Assembly (NCBI GenBank): GCA_020346185.1
Contig: CP070775.1
Span: forward strand, 3,092,809-3,142,738
DNA: 49,930 nt
Reading direction: 5' to 3'
Origin: Betaproteobacteria bacterium
Lineage (GTDB): Bacteria; Pseudomonadota; Gammaproteobacteria; Burkholderiales; Eutrophovitaceae
Below, in pieces: positions 29,188-38,816 of this stretch (position 1 is its first letter; every line of letters begins with the position of its first letter). Both the position numbers and the translations under genes were made by a program. A model generated the notes under the pieces. That model was given only the letters and a program-made list of their open reading frames with translations. It had not been told where the DNA came from and did not search any database.

Positions 29188-29275
29188 GCCTGAAAAGGGC
29201 AACTCATCCGAAAGGGTGCGACGCAAAGTCAATGGCCTAACTCCGCTCGCGGACATGGCGGCATGGCTACCAGGC
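29188..29275 (+). ncRNA. c-di-GMP-I (GEMM) riboswitch
   Basis: gcctg-aaaaGGGCAACTCATCC-GAAA-GGGTGCGACGCAAAG...GGCCTAA...ATGGCGGC..GGCTAC-caggc: GNRA loop, GACGCAAAG junction, receptor and P1 all present. Confidence 0.92.
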
Positions 29276-29793
29276 AAGCACGTGGAGTCGTGTGCCCAGC
29301 GCATCGGCTAAAGTAGCAATCGCGCTCGCGTTGCGCGGCAGTCGGGGTCCAATGTGACCCGATTGCACCGACTGACGCGATCGTGCCTGTGGCAACCACG
29401 TAAGCCTTCCTGAGCGTCCCCCCTCTCGCTGAGAACTGACGCAGCCTCCCTTTGGGGAGGCCGACTGACTGCTGATGGAGGGGGAGAGACTTTTGATTTA
29501 CCGCCACGACATGCACCCTCCTTGGCAAGGGGAGTTGCTCATGCAGATCGCCCCGGTCGCCAACTGGTCGCCCGCCGCGCCCTGTTTCGCCAGTCGCCAA
29601 GAGGGTTTTGCTCCCTTCAAAGATGTTCCTGAGTTGCTGCCACCCTGATGAGATGACCCGCGAATGCCCTCTCGCAACAATCGAGGGGCCATTGCATTGG
29701 CAACTCAGAAGAATCATTCGGGTCATCCTGCCGCTGCGCTGGATAGCGGCGATGAAAAACGTGATATCGATCATTACCTAGAGGAGAATCATC

Positions 29794-30543
29794 ATGAGAC
29801 GAGTATTTATGGTTGCGGCCCTCACAGCTATGTTCACAGTCAGTGGGGCAATGGCGCAGAACACGAACAACGGCAATGGCGCAAAAGTCGGCAAGCAGGG
29901 ATTTCTGCTCAACGTCATCGCGTTCGAGAACTGTCCTCAGGGCGAGTTCCTCGACTCGCATCGCCATCAGATCGCCGTTAAAGCAAACCACCAAGGGAAC
30001 GCCACAAACAAGTCGGAAAAGACGAACAAGATCTTTCTGCGCTCCGGCGAAGACTTTTGGGTCCAGGATGGCAATGCGTGCGACAAAGGCGGCGCGCAAT
30101 TCGAGCTTCCCATCACCGATGCCAACTGTTCGAACTGCGGCGACGTCACATCGGAATCAGACCCGGAACCGACCTTCACGGAGTACGAAGTTCGAGCGCG
30201 CATGGTCGGTCAACCCGGTGGCAAGGTCACTGTTACCAGCTGCACCGAAATGTTGGTCGAGGATGAGAACGGCGGAGATCCGACACTCGAATCGTTCTGC
30301 TCGGTCGGCGAAAACAACGTCTGGGTCGGAGAACGCAAGGTCGGCAGCGGCAAGACGCAGAACAAATGGGACAATGTCAGCACTGAATTACTGACAGTCT
30401 GCATCGACACCACTGGTGATGGCAGCTGCGACCAACGCATCGGTCTATTCGATTCGAGTGGCAAAGATTACTGGTGGAACTGGGATACCGAAAAACGCCC
30501 TCACGTCCAGCTCGTGTTTTTCCCTGCCTCGGGCGCCGAGTAA
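29794..30543 (+). CDS. Secreted Cys-rich hypothetical protein (249 aa)
   Basis: RBS gaggagaa; Sec signal ending AMA; 8 Cys; DTTGDG Ca-binding-like loop; C-terminal QLVFFP strand. Confidence 0.88.
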   Translation: MRRVFMVAALTAMFTVSGAMAQNTNNGNGAKVGKQGFLLNVIAFENCPQGEFLDSHRHQIAVKANHQGNATNKSEKTNKIFLRSGEDFWVQDGNACDKGGAQFELPITDANCSNCGDVTSESDPEPTFTEYEVRARMVGQPGGKVTVTSCTEMLVEDENGGDPTLESFCSVGENNVWVGERKVGSGKTQNKWDNVSTELLTVCIDTTGDGSCDQRIGLFDSSGKDYWWNWDTEKRPHVQLVFFPASGAE

Positions 30544-30586
30544 GAAACACGTCTGCGCGGCTGGCCGCCGCTCGTAGCAGTCATAG

Positions 30587-30618
30587 GCAAAGCCCTTGCG
30601 AGTTCGCAAGGGCTTTGC
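30587..30618 (+). terminator. Strong hairpin / probable terminator
   Basis: gcaaagcccttgcga-gt-tcgcaagggctttgc. Confidence 0.7.
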
Positions 30619-31222
30619 GCCTGGCGCGCACCGACTGCATCTCGAAAACGATGCCGCTCACCGGCGCAGTCGAATCCAGAACCGGGTTTGTCGAAGCGAC
30701 GAACCGGTCATCAATCTACCCAAAGGCGAACTGCGCTCCCCAAAACAAACAGACCGGCGGGAGCCTCGAGCACATCTGCATCGAAGTCGCGGAACGCTCT
30801 ACCGAGAACATGATCGACTCGATCGTGAACGACCCTGAGCTGGCAAAGGCCTCACGCGGTGGCAGCCGTGCGGCAGAGCGCCTGACGCAGAGCAATCACA
30901 CAATTTCCGGTTTCTGGCCTGTCGCCCTTCTCGTTACTTCACTTCGAACAGACGTATTGAAAACAAATCCGCAACGCCAATACAAGTTACTCATTCGACA
31001 TCGAACTACGCTACGCGATTGCCCGGTTTGAAGTTGCTGGAGATCGCAAAAGTTTCCTCGGTCCGAAACTTGTGAGGATCAAGATCGGCTTCCAAACCAA
31101 TGTACAGACAGGATCGCGCTGGACCAACTCCGCTGGTCAGTCACTCGTGATTGCCCTCCCTGCATCCACCCATCGCATCGAGACGAGCACAGCGGATGAA
31201 GGGAAGGACTGCCCCACTGAAT

Positions 31223-32125
31223 CTAGACGGCCGTCGATTCCACATGGTCGACATGATCCGGCTGTTGCCTGGCAGCAATCAAGCACCCGATGACGATCAG
31301 GGCCGTCCCCGTCAAAGTAGTTACGGTGACCTCCTCCGCAAAGACCAGCCAACCGAACAGGGCCGCCCAGACGAAGGCCGTGTACTCTGCCGCGATCAGC
31401 ATCCTGCTCTGCGCCCGCGCGTACGCCCATGACATCAACAGCATGGAAATAATACCCAGCACCCCGGCAAAAAACAGGTCAGGCAGCAAATCGTAATCAG
31501 GAATAACCGCCAACGCCGGCGCAAACAACAGGTACGCGCAAAGCACCGTAGCGCTCTGGAAGAAGGCGATTTCTATGGGCTCGGCAACGAGCGCCTGCTG
31601 CCGTTGCAGGATCAGGTTGTAGGCGTAGAGCATCGCCGAGAGCAAGATGGCACCGATCCCCTTGCCGACGTCATCGTCGTAAACTCCGCCCAGTTTGCCC
31701 GCGACAACGACCAGTGCCCCGGCAAAACCGAGTAACGATGCAAAGATCGCCCTGCCAACAATTCTTTCCGACAACATCGCCGCTGCAAGATACAGTGCAA
31801 TGAGCGGCGCGACAAAGGACAATCCGATCGCCTCTGCCATCGGCAGATAAGTCAGGCCGTAGAAGAACAGGAACGCCATCATTGACATAATGATCCCACG
31901 CCGGACATGCAGTCGGAGAATCGATCGGTCGGGCCAGCGTTTCCGCCGCCAGACGAACAGGCTCGCCGCAATTACCAGGGCGAACACTGTACGCCAAAGC
32001 ATCGCATTGTAGGCACCCAACGCAATCGCCAGCGCTTTCATCACAGCATCCATCATCGAATAGCTGGCGATACCGAGCATGGCGACTGTAAAGGGTAGGG
32101 CCGTAACACGAGCGGGCCAGATCAT
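31223..32125 (-). CDS. DMT (EamA) family transporter
   Basis: About 10 TM segments; LPMAEA..F.APL, EYTAFVWA..FGW..F.E; start supported by the register of the paralogous remnant at 37182. Confidence 0.88.
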   Translation of the reverse strand: MIWPARVTALPFTVAMLGIASYSMMDAVMKALAIALGAYNAMLWRTVFALVIAASLFVWRRKRWPDRSILRLHVRRGIIMSMMAFLFFYGLTYLPMAEAIGLSFVAPLIALYLAAAMLSERIVGRAIFASLLGFAGALVVVAGKLGGVYDDDVGKGIGAILLSAMLYAYNLILQRQQALVAEPIEIAFFQSATVLCAYLLFAPALAVIPDYDLLPDLFFAGVLGIISMLLMSWAYARAQSRMLIAAEYTAFVWAALFGWLVFAEEVTVTTLTGTALIVIGCLIAARQQPDHVDHVESTAV

Positions 32126-32642
32126 GGCGTGACAAATTCTCGACTGGGTTGGTCGTGTGTTTCGCAAGCGCTCGGCGGGCAACGAAACGATGGCAGGTCC
32201 TGACAGACAACAAACGTCGACCCTGGAAACGGAACGAACTATCCGGCGTCGCGCAAAGCTGGCATATTGCTCCCCTGCAGAATCTCCCCGGTCTGACGAA
32301 CGAAATACCTAAGATTTCCGAACAGGTCGAGGTAACGTTTATCTAGCGTTTATATCAGGAAGTTCGACTACGCGCCTCGCTATTTTGCTGCTAAGAGCCC
32401 CGTTGCAACAAGGCGTGCGCAGGCCGGCACGCCCAACCCGCCGCTTCCCGGTCCCATGCCGTCCGATTTTGACGTGATTTACCGAGTGCAAATAATAATA
32501 GTTGACCGCAACCGGACCGGATAATCAGACCCTGCCGTGCGGCGCCGCGCACAAATAATGAATTGGGGTCTTGAAAAAATTTTTCGTCTTTGTTAAAACT
32601 TCGCGCTCGCTGACGTTCGTCCCGCGAACTGAGACAATTCCG

Positions 32643-33383
32643 ATGATAGAAATCGAAGGCCTGACAAAGCGTTACGGCCGGCACACGGTCGTTGATGACC
32701 TGACCTTTCACTGTAGCTCGGGAGAGGTGCTTGGCTTCCTCGGCCCCAACGGAGCCGGTAAATCCACGACCATGAAAATGGTTACCGGCTTCGTGGCACC
32801 GAGCGCCGGCACCGCCAGCGTTTGCGGTCACGACATCCGGTCCGACACCCTTGCCGCACAACGCCGTATCGGCTATCTGCCGGAAGGCGCGCCGCTATAC
32901 CCGGAAATGACACCCGGGAGTTTTCTCGACTTCATCGCAGACATAAGGCAGTTGTCTGGTAACGCCCGTCGCCAACGGCTCGAAGAGGTCACCGAGTTGT
33001 TGCACCTCGGCCCGGTTCTAAACCAGGCCACCGAAACACTGTCAAAAGGCTTCAAGCGCCGCGTCGGTCTGGCGCAGGCAATCCTGCATGACCCCGACGT
33101 GCTGATCCTCGATGAACCGACGGACGGGCTGGACCCGAATCAGAAACACGAAGTCCGCGAATTGATCCGCTCCATGTCGGAACAGAAACTGATCATCATC
33201 TCGACACATATCCTCGAGGAGGTCGACGCGGTGTGCACTCGCGCGATCATCATCGCCGAAGGGCGCCTGCTCGTTGACGATACCCCGAAAGCCCTGGCCG
33301 TACAGGCCGATGGCAATCTCGACGAGGTTTTCCGGCGCATCACCCAACCCGGTGCAAACTCCGAGGAGGTCAACAACACATGA
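32643..33383 (+). CDS. ABC transporter ATP-binding protein (GldA-like)
   Basis: GPNGAGKSTT, IGYLPEGAPLY, LSKGFKRRVGLAQA, DEPTDGLDPNQ. Confidence 0.93.
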   Translation: MIEIEGLTKRYGRHTVVDDLTFHCSSGEVLGFLGPNGAGKSTTMKMVTGFVAPSAGTASVCGHDIRSDTLAAQRRIGYLPEGAPLYPEMTPGSFLDFIADIRQLSGNARRQRLEEVTELLHLGPVLNQATETLSKGFKRRVGLAQAILHDPDVLILDEPTDGLDPNQKHEVRELIRSMSEQKLIIISTHILEEVDAVCTRAIIIAEGRLLVDDTPKALAVQADGNLDEVFRRITQPGANSEEVNNT

Positions 33384-34114
33384 ACATGATCAAAGCAGTA
33401 TTCCGGCGCGAGTTGCAAAGCTATTTCGCTACGCCGGTTGCATACGTGTTTATCGTGATCTTCCTCATGTTGATCGGGGCGTTCACATTTTACCTGGGCG
33501 GGTTCTATGAGCGCGGCCAGGCGGACCTGCGCGCCTTCTTCAACTATCACCCCTGGCTATACCTGTTCCTGGTTCCGGCCATCACCATGCGGCTGTGGGC
33601 CGAAGAACGCAAATCCGGCACGATCGAGCTACTAATGACGTTGCCAGTAACACCCTGGCAGGCAGTGCTGGGCAAGTTTCTGGCGTCCTGGGCGTTCGCC
33701 GGTGTTGCACTTTCACTGACATTTCCGATCTGGATAACGGTCAACTACCTGGGTGATCCGGATAATGGCGCGATTGTCGCAGCGTACATCGGCAGCTTTC
33801 TGATGGCCGGCGGATTCCTCGCGATCGGCTCTTGCCTGTCCGCGTTTACACGCAACCAGGTAATTGCCTTCGTCATCACCGCGGTGGTGTGTTTCGGTTT
33901 CCTGCTGTCAGGTTTTCCGCTGGTGCTCGATTTGTTCTCTGGCTGGGCGCCCCAGATCATCGTCGACGGCATCGCGTCACTCAGTTTCCTCATCCATTTC
34001 GAGGATATTTCTCGCGGTGTCATCGACTTTCGTGACTTCATCTATTTCGCGCTCGTCATCGGTGCATTTCTGTACGCCAATACGATCGCACTGAGTTGGA
34101 AGCAGGCGGACTGA
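33380..34114 (+). CDS. ABC-2 permease (GldF-like)
   Basis: RELQSYF.TP.AY, PAITMRLWAEERKSGTIELL.TLP. Confidence 0.92.
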   Translation: MNMIKAVFRRELQSYFATPVAYVFIVIFLMLIGAFTFYLGGFYERGQADLRAFFNYHPWLYLFLVPAITMRLWAEERKSGTIELLMTLPVTPWQAVLGKFLASWAFAGVALSLTFPIWITVNYLGDPDNGAIVAAYIGSFLMAGGFLAIGSCLSAFTRNQVIAFVITAVVCFGFLLSGFPLVLDLFSGWAPQIIVDGIASLSFLIHFEDISRGVIDFRDFIYFALVIGAFLYANTIALSWKQAD

Positions 34115-34116
34115 AG

Positions 34117-36006
34117 ATGAGTACCCGTGCGCAAACCCGTTTCGGCGCGTCTAGCCTGTTGTTGCTCGCCATCGCTTTTGTCGTCGCGGTTATCGTTTCG
34201 GATCACCTCTTCAAGGGCCTTCGCATCGATCTGACCGAGAACAGACTCTACACCTTGTCCGACGGAACAAAGGCGGTCGTCAGAAGAATCGACGAGCCGA
34301 TCACGCTGTATTTCTTCTTTTCCGACCAGGCCACACGAAGCGCGCCCTCGATCCGCGACTATGCCACACGCGTGCGTGAAATGCTCGAAGAGTTTGCCGT
34401 CGCGAGTCGCGGCAAGCTGCACCTGCGGATAGTCGACCCCCTTCCGTTCTCCGAAGAAGAGGATCAGGCCGCGCAATTCGGACTGCAGAGTGTGCGGTTT
34501 GCTGCGACGTCGGCGCCTATCTACATGGGACTGGCTGGCACCAACAGCGTCGGCGACGAAGAGATTATCCCGGTCTTCTATCCCGACAAGGAGACCTCCC
34601 TCGAATACGACATCGCAAAACTCGTTAGCACACTTGCAGAACCAGAGCGCAACGCTGTAGGTTTGATTTCCGGCGTACCGATGGCCGGACAATTCGATCC
34701 ACGCACGAGGGGTATGCGACCGCCGTGGGTTGTCTATCAACAAGTCAGTCAAGTATTCGAGATCCGGGAACTCGGCACGTCAGTTGACGTGATTCCCGAC
34801 GATATCGGCGTTCTGTGGATCGTGCAGCCGAAAGATCTTTCCGAATCGACACAGTATGCAATCGACCAGTTCGTCATGCGCGGCGGCAAGGCATTGGTGT
34901 TTGTTGATCCAATGGCCGTGATTGACACGGCCGTGCCCGCCGGCATGCCGCAAGGCATGCCACCAATCGGCCAGTCTTCCGATTTGCCAACCCTGTTCAA
35001 GGGATGGGGAATCGGGTTCGACGCGCAGGAAGTGGTCACCGACGCCCGCCTCGCGCTGCAAATCAACGCTGGTCCGGGAAATCCTCCGGTACGCCATTAC
35101 GGAATTCTTGGAATCACACGCAATCTGTTGAACGCCGGCGACGCTGTCACGGCCGAACTGGGCAGCCTGAATACCGCCATGGCCGGTCATTTGCGCGCAC
35201 TGGAGAACAGCAAAGCATCACTCAAGCCGTTGTTCTCTTCGAGTCCGGCATCCATGACAATGCCGGCTTCCCGCTTTGCGATGCTGCCCGATCCGACCGC
35301 CTTGCAGCAGGGATTTACCCCCGGCGGGGAGGAGTTGGTCATCGCCGCCCGCATCGACGGCAAGTTAGCCAGCGCCTTTGCTGACGGCAAACCTGAAACA
35401 GCGCCGGAAACAAAAGGCGATGGTGAGTCGGTGGAGCACCTGGCGGAGTCAGCAAGCCCGACAAACCTGATCGTCGTCGCGGATGTCGACATGCTCAGTG
35501 ACCAGATGTGGGTTCAGGTTCAGAATTTCTTCGGTCAAACAATTGCCGACCCGTTCGCCAGCAATGGCGCATTTGTTGTCAACGCACTTGAAAACCTGGC
35601 TGGCAGCTCGGATCTGATCTCCATTCGCAGCCGCGGCAGCTATTCGCGGCCGTTTACCAAAGTCCAGGAGTTGCGCGTCGACGCCGAAGCACGCTTTCTG
35701 CAGACTCAGCAGCGCCTGGAACGGGAACTCGCCGAAACCGAGCGTCGCCTTGGCGAACTTCAGTCGGCAAGGGAAGACACTGGAAGCCTGCTATTGACCG
35801 ATGAGCAGCAAGCCGAGATCGATCGATTCATCGATCAGCGTGCTTCAATCCGCAAGGAATTGCGCGCTGTTCAACGCGGCCTCGACAAGGACATCGAGGA
35901 CCTCGGCACCATCCTAAAGGTCATCAATATCGGACTTGTGCCTCTGCTGCTAACGGTTGGAACCTTGATTGTGATCTGGCGGCGTCGCCAGACGGATGAC
36001 GCATGA
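34117..36006 (+). CDS. GldG family ABC auxiliary protein
   Basis: RIDLTENRLYTLS..T, IDQFVMRGGK, ADVDML, LISIRSR, C-terminal coiled coil + TM. Confidence 0.9.
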   Translation: MSTRAQTRFGASSLLLLAIAFVVAVIVSDHLFKGLRIDLTENRLYTLSDGTKAVVRRIDEPITLYFFFSDQATRSAPSIRDYATRVREMLEEFAVASRGKLHLRIVDPLPFSEEEDQAAQFGLQSVRFAATSAPIYMGLAGTNSVGDEEIIPVFYPDKETSLEYDIAKLVSTLAEPERNAVGLISGVPMAGQFDPRTRGMRPPWVVYQQVSQVFEIRELGTSVDVIPDDIGVLWIVQPKDLSESTQYAIDQFVMRGGKALVFVDPMAVIDTAVPAGMPQGMPPIGQSSDLPTLFKGWGIGFDAQEVVTDARLALQINAGPGNPPVRHYGILGITRNLLNAGDAVTAELGSLNTAMAGHLRALENSKASLKPLFSSSPASMTMPASRFAMLPDPTALQQGFTPGGEELVIAARIDGKLASAFADGKPETAPETKGDGESVEHLAESASPTNLIVVADVDMLSDQMWVQVQNFFGQTIADPFASNGAFVVNALENLAGSSDLISIRSRGSYSRPFTKVQELRVDAEARFLQTQQRLERELAETERRLGELQSAREDTGSLLLTDEQQAEIDRFIDQRASIRKELRAVQRGLDKDIEDLGTILKVINIGLVPLLLTVGTLIVIWRRRQTDDA

Positions 36007-37001
36007 CTCGAAGGACCACCCACGTTCTTGCCGCGGTAACGCTCGCCCTTGTATTGTTGTTGGTGGCGCTGAAAGTTGGCGAGCGCGGCGAAGATTTGTC
36101 TCCGAGCGGGCGTCTGTTGCTGCCCGAATTCGAAGCGGTGGCCAACGACGCCTACAGCGTCGTCATATACAGTCCGAACAACGAAGCAGGCGTGGCTATT
36201 CAACGCAAAGAAAACAAATGGGTGGTCAACAGTCACAACGACCACCCGGCCGATATCAGCAAACTCGGACGGCTGATCATGCAATTGGCCGAGACACAAA
36301 TACTCGAAGAAAAGACTTCCAATGCCGAACACTACGGCAAGCTGGGTGTTGGTGATCCGGCAGACGGCGGCAAGGGCATAAAAGTGACTGTCGAGGGAGA
36401 GGATTTCTCCTACGCCGTCATCCTTGGAAACAAGGCACAGGGCAGCTACCGCTACGCCCGAAATGCCCAAGACGCGACGAGCTATCTGGTCGATCAGAAC
36501 TTCGATATGCCGAAGGACGTGGCCGGCTGGCTTGCGCCCGACATTGTCGATATCGGTTCCGATCAGATCAAGAAAGTCGTCATTTCACACTCCGATGGCG
36601 AGACGATTACGATCGAAAAGGCGGACCAGGAACAAACCGACTTCGAGGTTTCGGTTATTCCCAAGGGTCGCGAACTCAGCTACTCGACGATCGCAAACGA
36701 GATCACCGGTGCGCTCGCGAAACTCGAACTGAAAGACGTGCGCCCTCTCGCCGATGCGCGCGCTGCAACCATGGTCACCTACGAGACTTGGGAAGGCCTC
36801 AAGTTAACCGCTCAAGTCTCGATCGACGACGAAGCGTCCTGGGTTGTATTTTCAGCGGAGGCTGCGGCTGAAGATACCGGCGTCGGCGCTCAGGTTGCTG
36901 AAATCAACGACCGAGTGTCCGGATGGCAGTACCGGCTCACCGATTACAAGAAAAACCTGCTGACGCGCCGCTGGGCTGACATTCTGAAGCCATCGGAGTG
37001 A
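36003..37001 (+). CDS. DUF4340 domain-containing protein
   Basis: N-terminal TM, PAD...L, KT...Y.KLG pattern; typical position after GldG. Confidence 0.8.
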   Translation: MTRRTTHVLAAVTLALVLLLVALKVGERGEDLSPSGRLLLPEFEAVANDAYSVVIYSPNNEAGVAIQRKENKWVVNSHNDHPADISKLGRLIMQLAETQILEEKTSNAEHYGKLGVGDPADGGKGIKVTVEGEDFSYAVILGNKAQGSYRYARNAQDATSYLVDQNFDMPKDVAGWLAPDIVDIGSDQIKKVVISHSDGETITIEKADQEQTDFEVSVIPKGRELSYSTIANEITGALAKLELKDVRPLADARAATMVTYETWEGLKLTAQVSIDDEASWVVFSAEAAAEDTGVGAQVAEINDRVSGWQYRLTDYKKNLLTRRWADILKPSE

Positions 37002-37068
37002 ATCCGACACGAAGTAGACACCCTCTCGGCGAGGGCCTTATTCGCATGTGGTATTTTCTTTGAGAGTC

Positions 37069-37182
37069 AGGCTAGCAACGCAATCGCCAGCCCCCTCATC
37101 AGTGCATCCATCGCGGGATAGTTCGCGATAGCTAGATGGCGATTGTGAAGGGGACGGCCGTAATGCGAAGAAACCGGCTCAT
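37069..37182 (-). pseudogene. Frameshifted 5' remnant of a DMT gene paralogous to 31223-32125
   Basis: DNA aligns with 32011-32128; MSRFLRITAVPFTIA/LAIANYPAMDALMRGLAIAL vs MIWPARVTALPFTVAMLGIASYSMMDAVMKALAIAL. Confidence 0.85.
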
Positions 37183-37436
37183 GGCATCCAAACCACTCCT
37201 CTGCACTGACCCTGTTTAACGAAAGCGGGCGCTGGGCCGAGTTGATGTCCTTTCCTTGAATTGCAGCTTCGCAGCCACCGCAGAATATGGTGGCAATCTT
37301 TCGATGTCCCGTTTTCCCGATTGATGTTTTCTTGTGTCTCTGGATGCGTTGTCATAGGTTGCCGTGTCGGTCCGCAAAGACGCTGCCGATGTACACCGCA
37401 TCGCGACGATTCGTTCACACCTGGCCTCGATTCGCC

Positions 37437-38816
37437 CTACGATTGCAGCGCGCTGCGCACCACCTCGATCACCGCCTCGATATCGTCTTGCGTCGTGCGC
37501 CAGTTTAGTACTGGCACCCGCATGACGCGCCGACCCTTGTAGTCAGCACCACCGAACCACGTGACGCCACTGTTCTGGATTCGTTCGATCACCTCGTTGG
37601 TGCGACGATCGTCATCGCCGTCAGCAGCGATGAAACGCACGATCCCCTGATTGATCACGGGGGCAGTGACGATCTCAACTCCCTCGAGTTCGCCAATGCC
37701 CTCGACAAGGCGCTGAGCGTATTCGCAGCAACGGTCGACCAATTGCGCCAGGCCATGCCGTCCAAGCGAGCGCAGCGCCGCGTACACTGGAAGACCGCGA
37801 CCACGGCGCGACCATTCGGGCCCCCAGTCGACCTGGTGACGAACGCCCTCGCCCGCCGTAAAGTAGCTCGCGCGAACCGTCATTGCCTGTTTGTGGGCCT
37901 GCGGATGCGCGGTAAAAACAAAACCGGTATCAAAAGGCAAGTTCAGCCACTTGTGGCCATCCGTTGCCCACGAGTCCATCAGCGAACAACCGTCCATTAG
38001 ATGCTGGTATTTCTCGCTCGCGGCGATCCAAAGACCGAGTGCGCCATCGACATGCACCCACAAGTTCTCTGCCTTGGCGAGTTCGTGAGCATGATGAAAA
38101 TCGTCGAAAGCACCGGTGCGGAATTCGCCTGCCTGCAGAACAAGAATCGCCGGCGAGTCGTCGAGACTTCGGGCGACGTGATCCAGATCGAGCCGCCCGT
38201 CGCCGTGACACGGATGTGTCTTTATCGCATCTGTGCCCAGCCCAAGAAAACGCGCCGCGCGTGCGACCGACTCATGGCAAAGCTCACCAGTGTGGATCGT
38301 CATTCTCGGCGCGTCCGAAAGCCCACGTGCTTCGACGTCGTGACCACGATCTTCGAGCAGCTTGTGTCTCGCTGCCGCTAACGCGACCAGGTGAGCCGAT
38401 TGGCAACCCGTTACGAATGCGAACGATGCATCTTGCGGCAACCGCAGCACATCCTTGAGCCATGCGCCGGCGACTTCCTCCATGACGGCCAGAGCCGGGC
38501 TCGATGAGTAGATCGAGGACACCTGGTCCCACACCGACGTGAGCCAATCAGCAGCGATCGCTGCAGGCAATCCACCACCGATGGCCCAGGCAAAGAAGCG
38601 TGGGCTCCCGGTCCCGAAGAGCCCACCTTCAACATCGGCCGCCAGCTCATCGATGACCCGGGCCGCCGGGATACCGTCGTTGCCAAGGTCTTTGCTGAGT
38701 CGCTTGCGAAGCTCTTCTACACTGGCGGTAGCTGGAATTTGACGTGTGTCCAGACCATCAAGGTAAGTCAGCGCATGACCGAGCGCGCACCGAAGGGCCG
38801 CATATTCGTCAGACAT
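37437..38816 (-). CDS. PLP-dependent (group II) amino-acid decarboxylase
   Basis: WVHVDGALG, DSWATDGHKWLN (PLP Lys), PEWSRR. Confidence 0.92.
   Translation of the reverse strand: MSDEYAALRCALGHALTYLDGLDTRQIPATASVEELRKRLSKDLGNDGIPAARVIDELAADVEGGLFGTGSPRFFAWAIGGGLPAAIAADWLTSVWDQVSSIYSSSPALAVMEEVAGAWLKDVLRLPQDASFAFVTGCQSAHLVALAAARHKLLEDRGHDVEARGLSDAPRMTIHTGELCHESVARAARFLGLGTDAIKTHPCHGDGRLDLDHVARSLDDSPAILVLQAGEFRTGAFDDFHHAHELAKAENLWVHVDGALGLWIAASEKYQHLMDGCSLMDSWATDGHKWLNLPFDTGFVFTAHPQAHKQAMTVRASYFTAGEGVRHQVDWGPEWSRRGRGLPVYAALRSLGRHGLAQLVDRCCEYAQRLVEGIGELEGVEIVTAPVINQGIVRFIAADGDDDRRTNEVIERIQNSGVTWFGGADYKGRRVMRVPVLNWRTTQDDIEAVIEVVRSALQS

Noticed and set aside
29188-29275. 3'3'-cGAMP-specific (GEMM-Ib) riboswitch
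   Set aside because: The discriminator position in AGGGCAA is G, as in c-di-GMP-binding aptamers
29645-29760. Hammerhead ribozyme (CTGATGA followed by a stem, later GAAA)
   Set aside because: GAAA does not directly follow stem II, and I could not build stems I/III with an NUH site
30620-31220. ORF 30474-31031 / possible gene remnant
   Set aside because: Overlaps the upstream gene and terminator; no convincing family signature
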